From the NCBI RefSeq assembly GCF_009914755.1, contig NC_060938.1: a DNA stretch of 64,000 nucleotides, one strand, 5' to 3'. The first letter of the stretch is position 1. The number at the start of each line of letters is the position of its first letter. The position numbers and the translations under genes are program-made. Positions 63,544 through 64,000 of this stretch are shown here, one piece after another. This DNA is from the human T2T-CHM13v2.0 reference genome, Homo sapiens. Under the pieces are notes generated by a model. The model made no database searches and was not told the DNA's origin. It saw only the letters and a program-made list of their open reading frames with translations.

Positions 63544-63599
63544 CTCTGGATGGACAAGGAAAAAGAGGAAAGCATGAAAGAAACCCTGCGGATAAGAAG
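63544..63599 (+). CDS. DHRS4: DHRS4 exon 7 (LWMDKEKEESMKETLRIRR); gene continues beyond the window
   Basis: Acceptor cttcttcctgcag|, donor AAG|gtaaac; 56 nt in frame; no stop reached. Confidence 0.95.
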
Positions 63600-64000
63600 G
63601 TAAACTGTCATGAGGGCAAGGGCACTAAGAGACATGAAGATGGGAAGGTCTGGTCCCTAGCAGCCCACAGCCCGCTGTCTCAGTCCCACAGATAACACAG
63701 GCAGGCTCTCTTCTGCCTCACAGACCACGAATTCATAAACACTATCACTACAGTGACCTGAGCAAGAAGTCAGCTTCCCTTTCAAAAGGTAAACACAGAG
63801 ACATCGGGGTTTCAGCAGTGCAGAGCTCTGGGAGAAGCCCTGAGTCCTCTCTCCACCTGGGGGATTGCCTCCACCTCTGAGCATCCATGGAGACCAGGGA
63901 CCATAACCAAAACCATGCTTTGTTAGTCCCCTTGAATAATGACACATGTTTACAAAACTCAGGTTGATGATCTACAATCCAAATGAAAAGAATGAAGAGT

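Overview
Human (primate) genomic DNA, not prokaryotic; most short ORFs in the track are chance or repeat-derived. The only protein-coding gene I can support is DHRS4 (SDR family, NADPH-dependent carbonyl/retinol reductase): coding exons 1-7 lie on the + strand at 50121-63599 with canonical GT-AG junctions and an intact frame; the last exon is outside the window. Its CpG-rich promoter (~49850-50550) is recalled to drive the head-to-head lncRNA DHRS4-AS1, for which I can point to candidate minus-strand exons and a poly(A) signal. The upstream 49 kb is a transposon mosaic: a 5'-inverted L1PA2-type insertion with a 35-nt 3' transduction, a near full-length L1PA7-type element with a nested ERVK LTR and AluY, solo LTRs (LTR7C, LTR3-like, MaLR, LTR16, MER21), MER1A, L2, MIR and many Alus. 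A near full-length Tigger1 sits in DHRS4 intron 3. I found no new multi-gene system. The best leads are insertion-mechanism signatures and possible translational and splicing control of DHRS4. Repeat subfamily names come from remembered consensus sequences and need RepeatMasker/Dfam confirmation.
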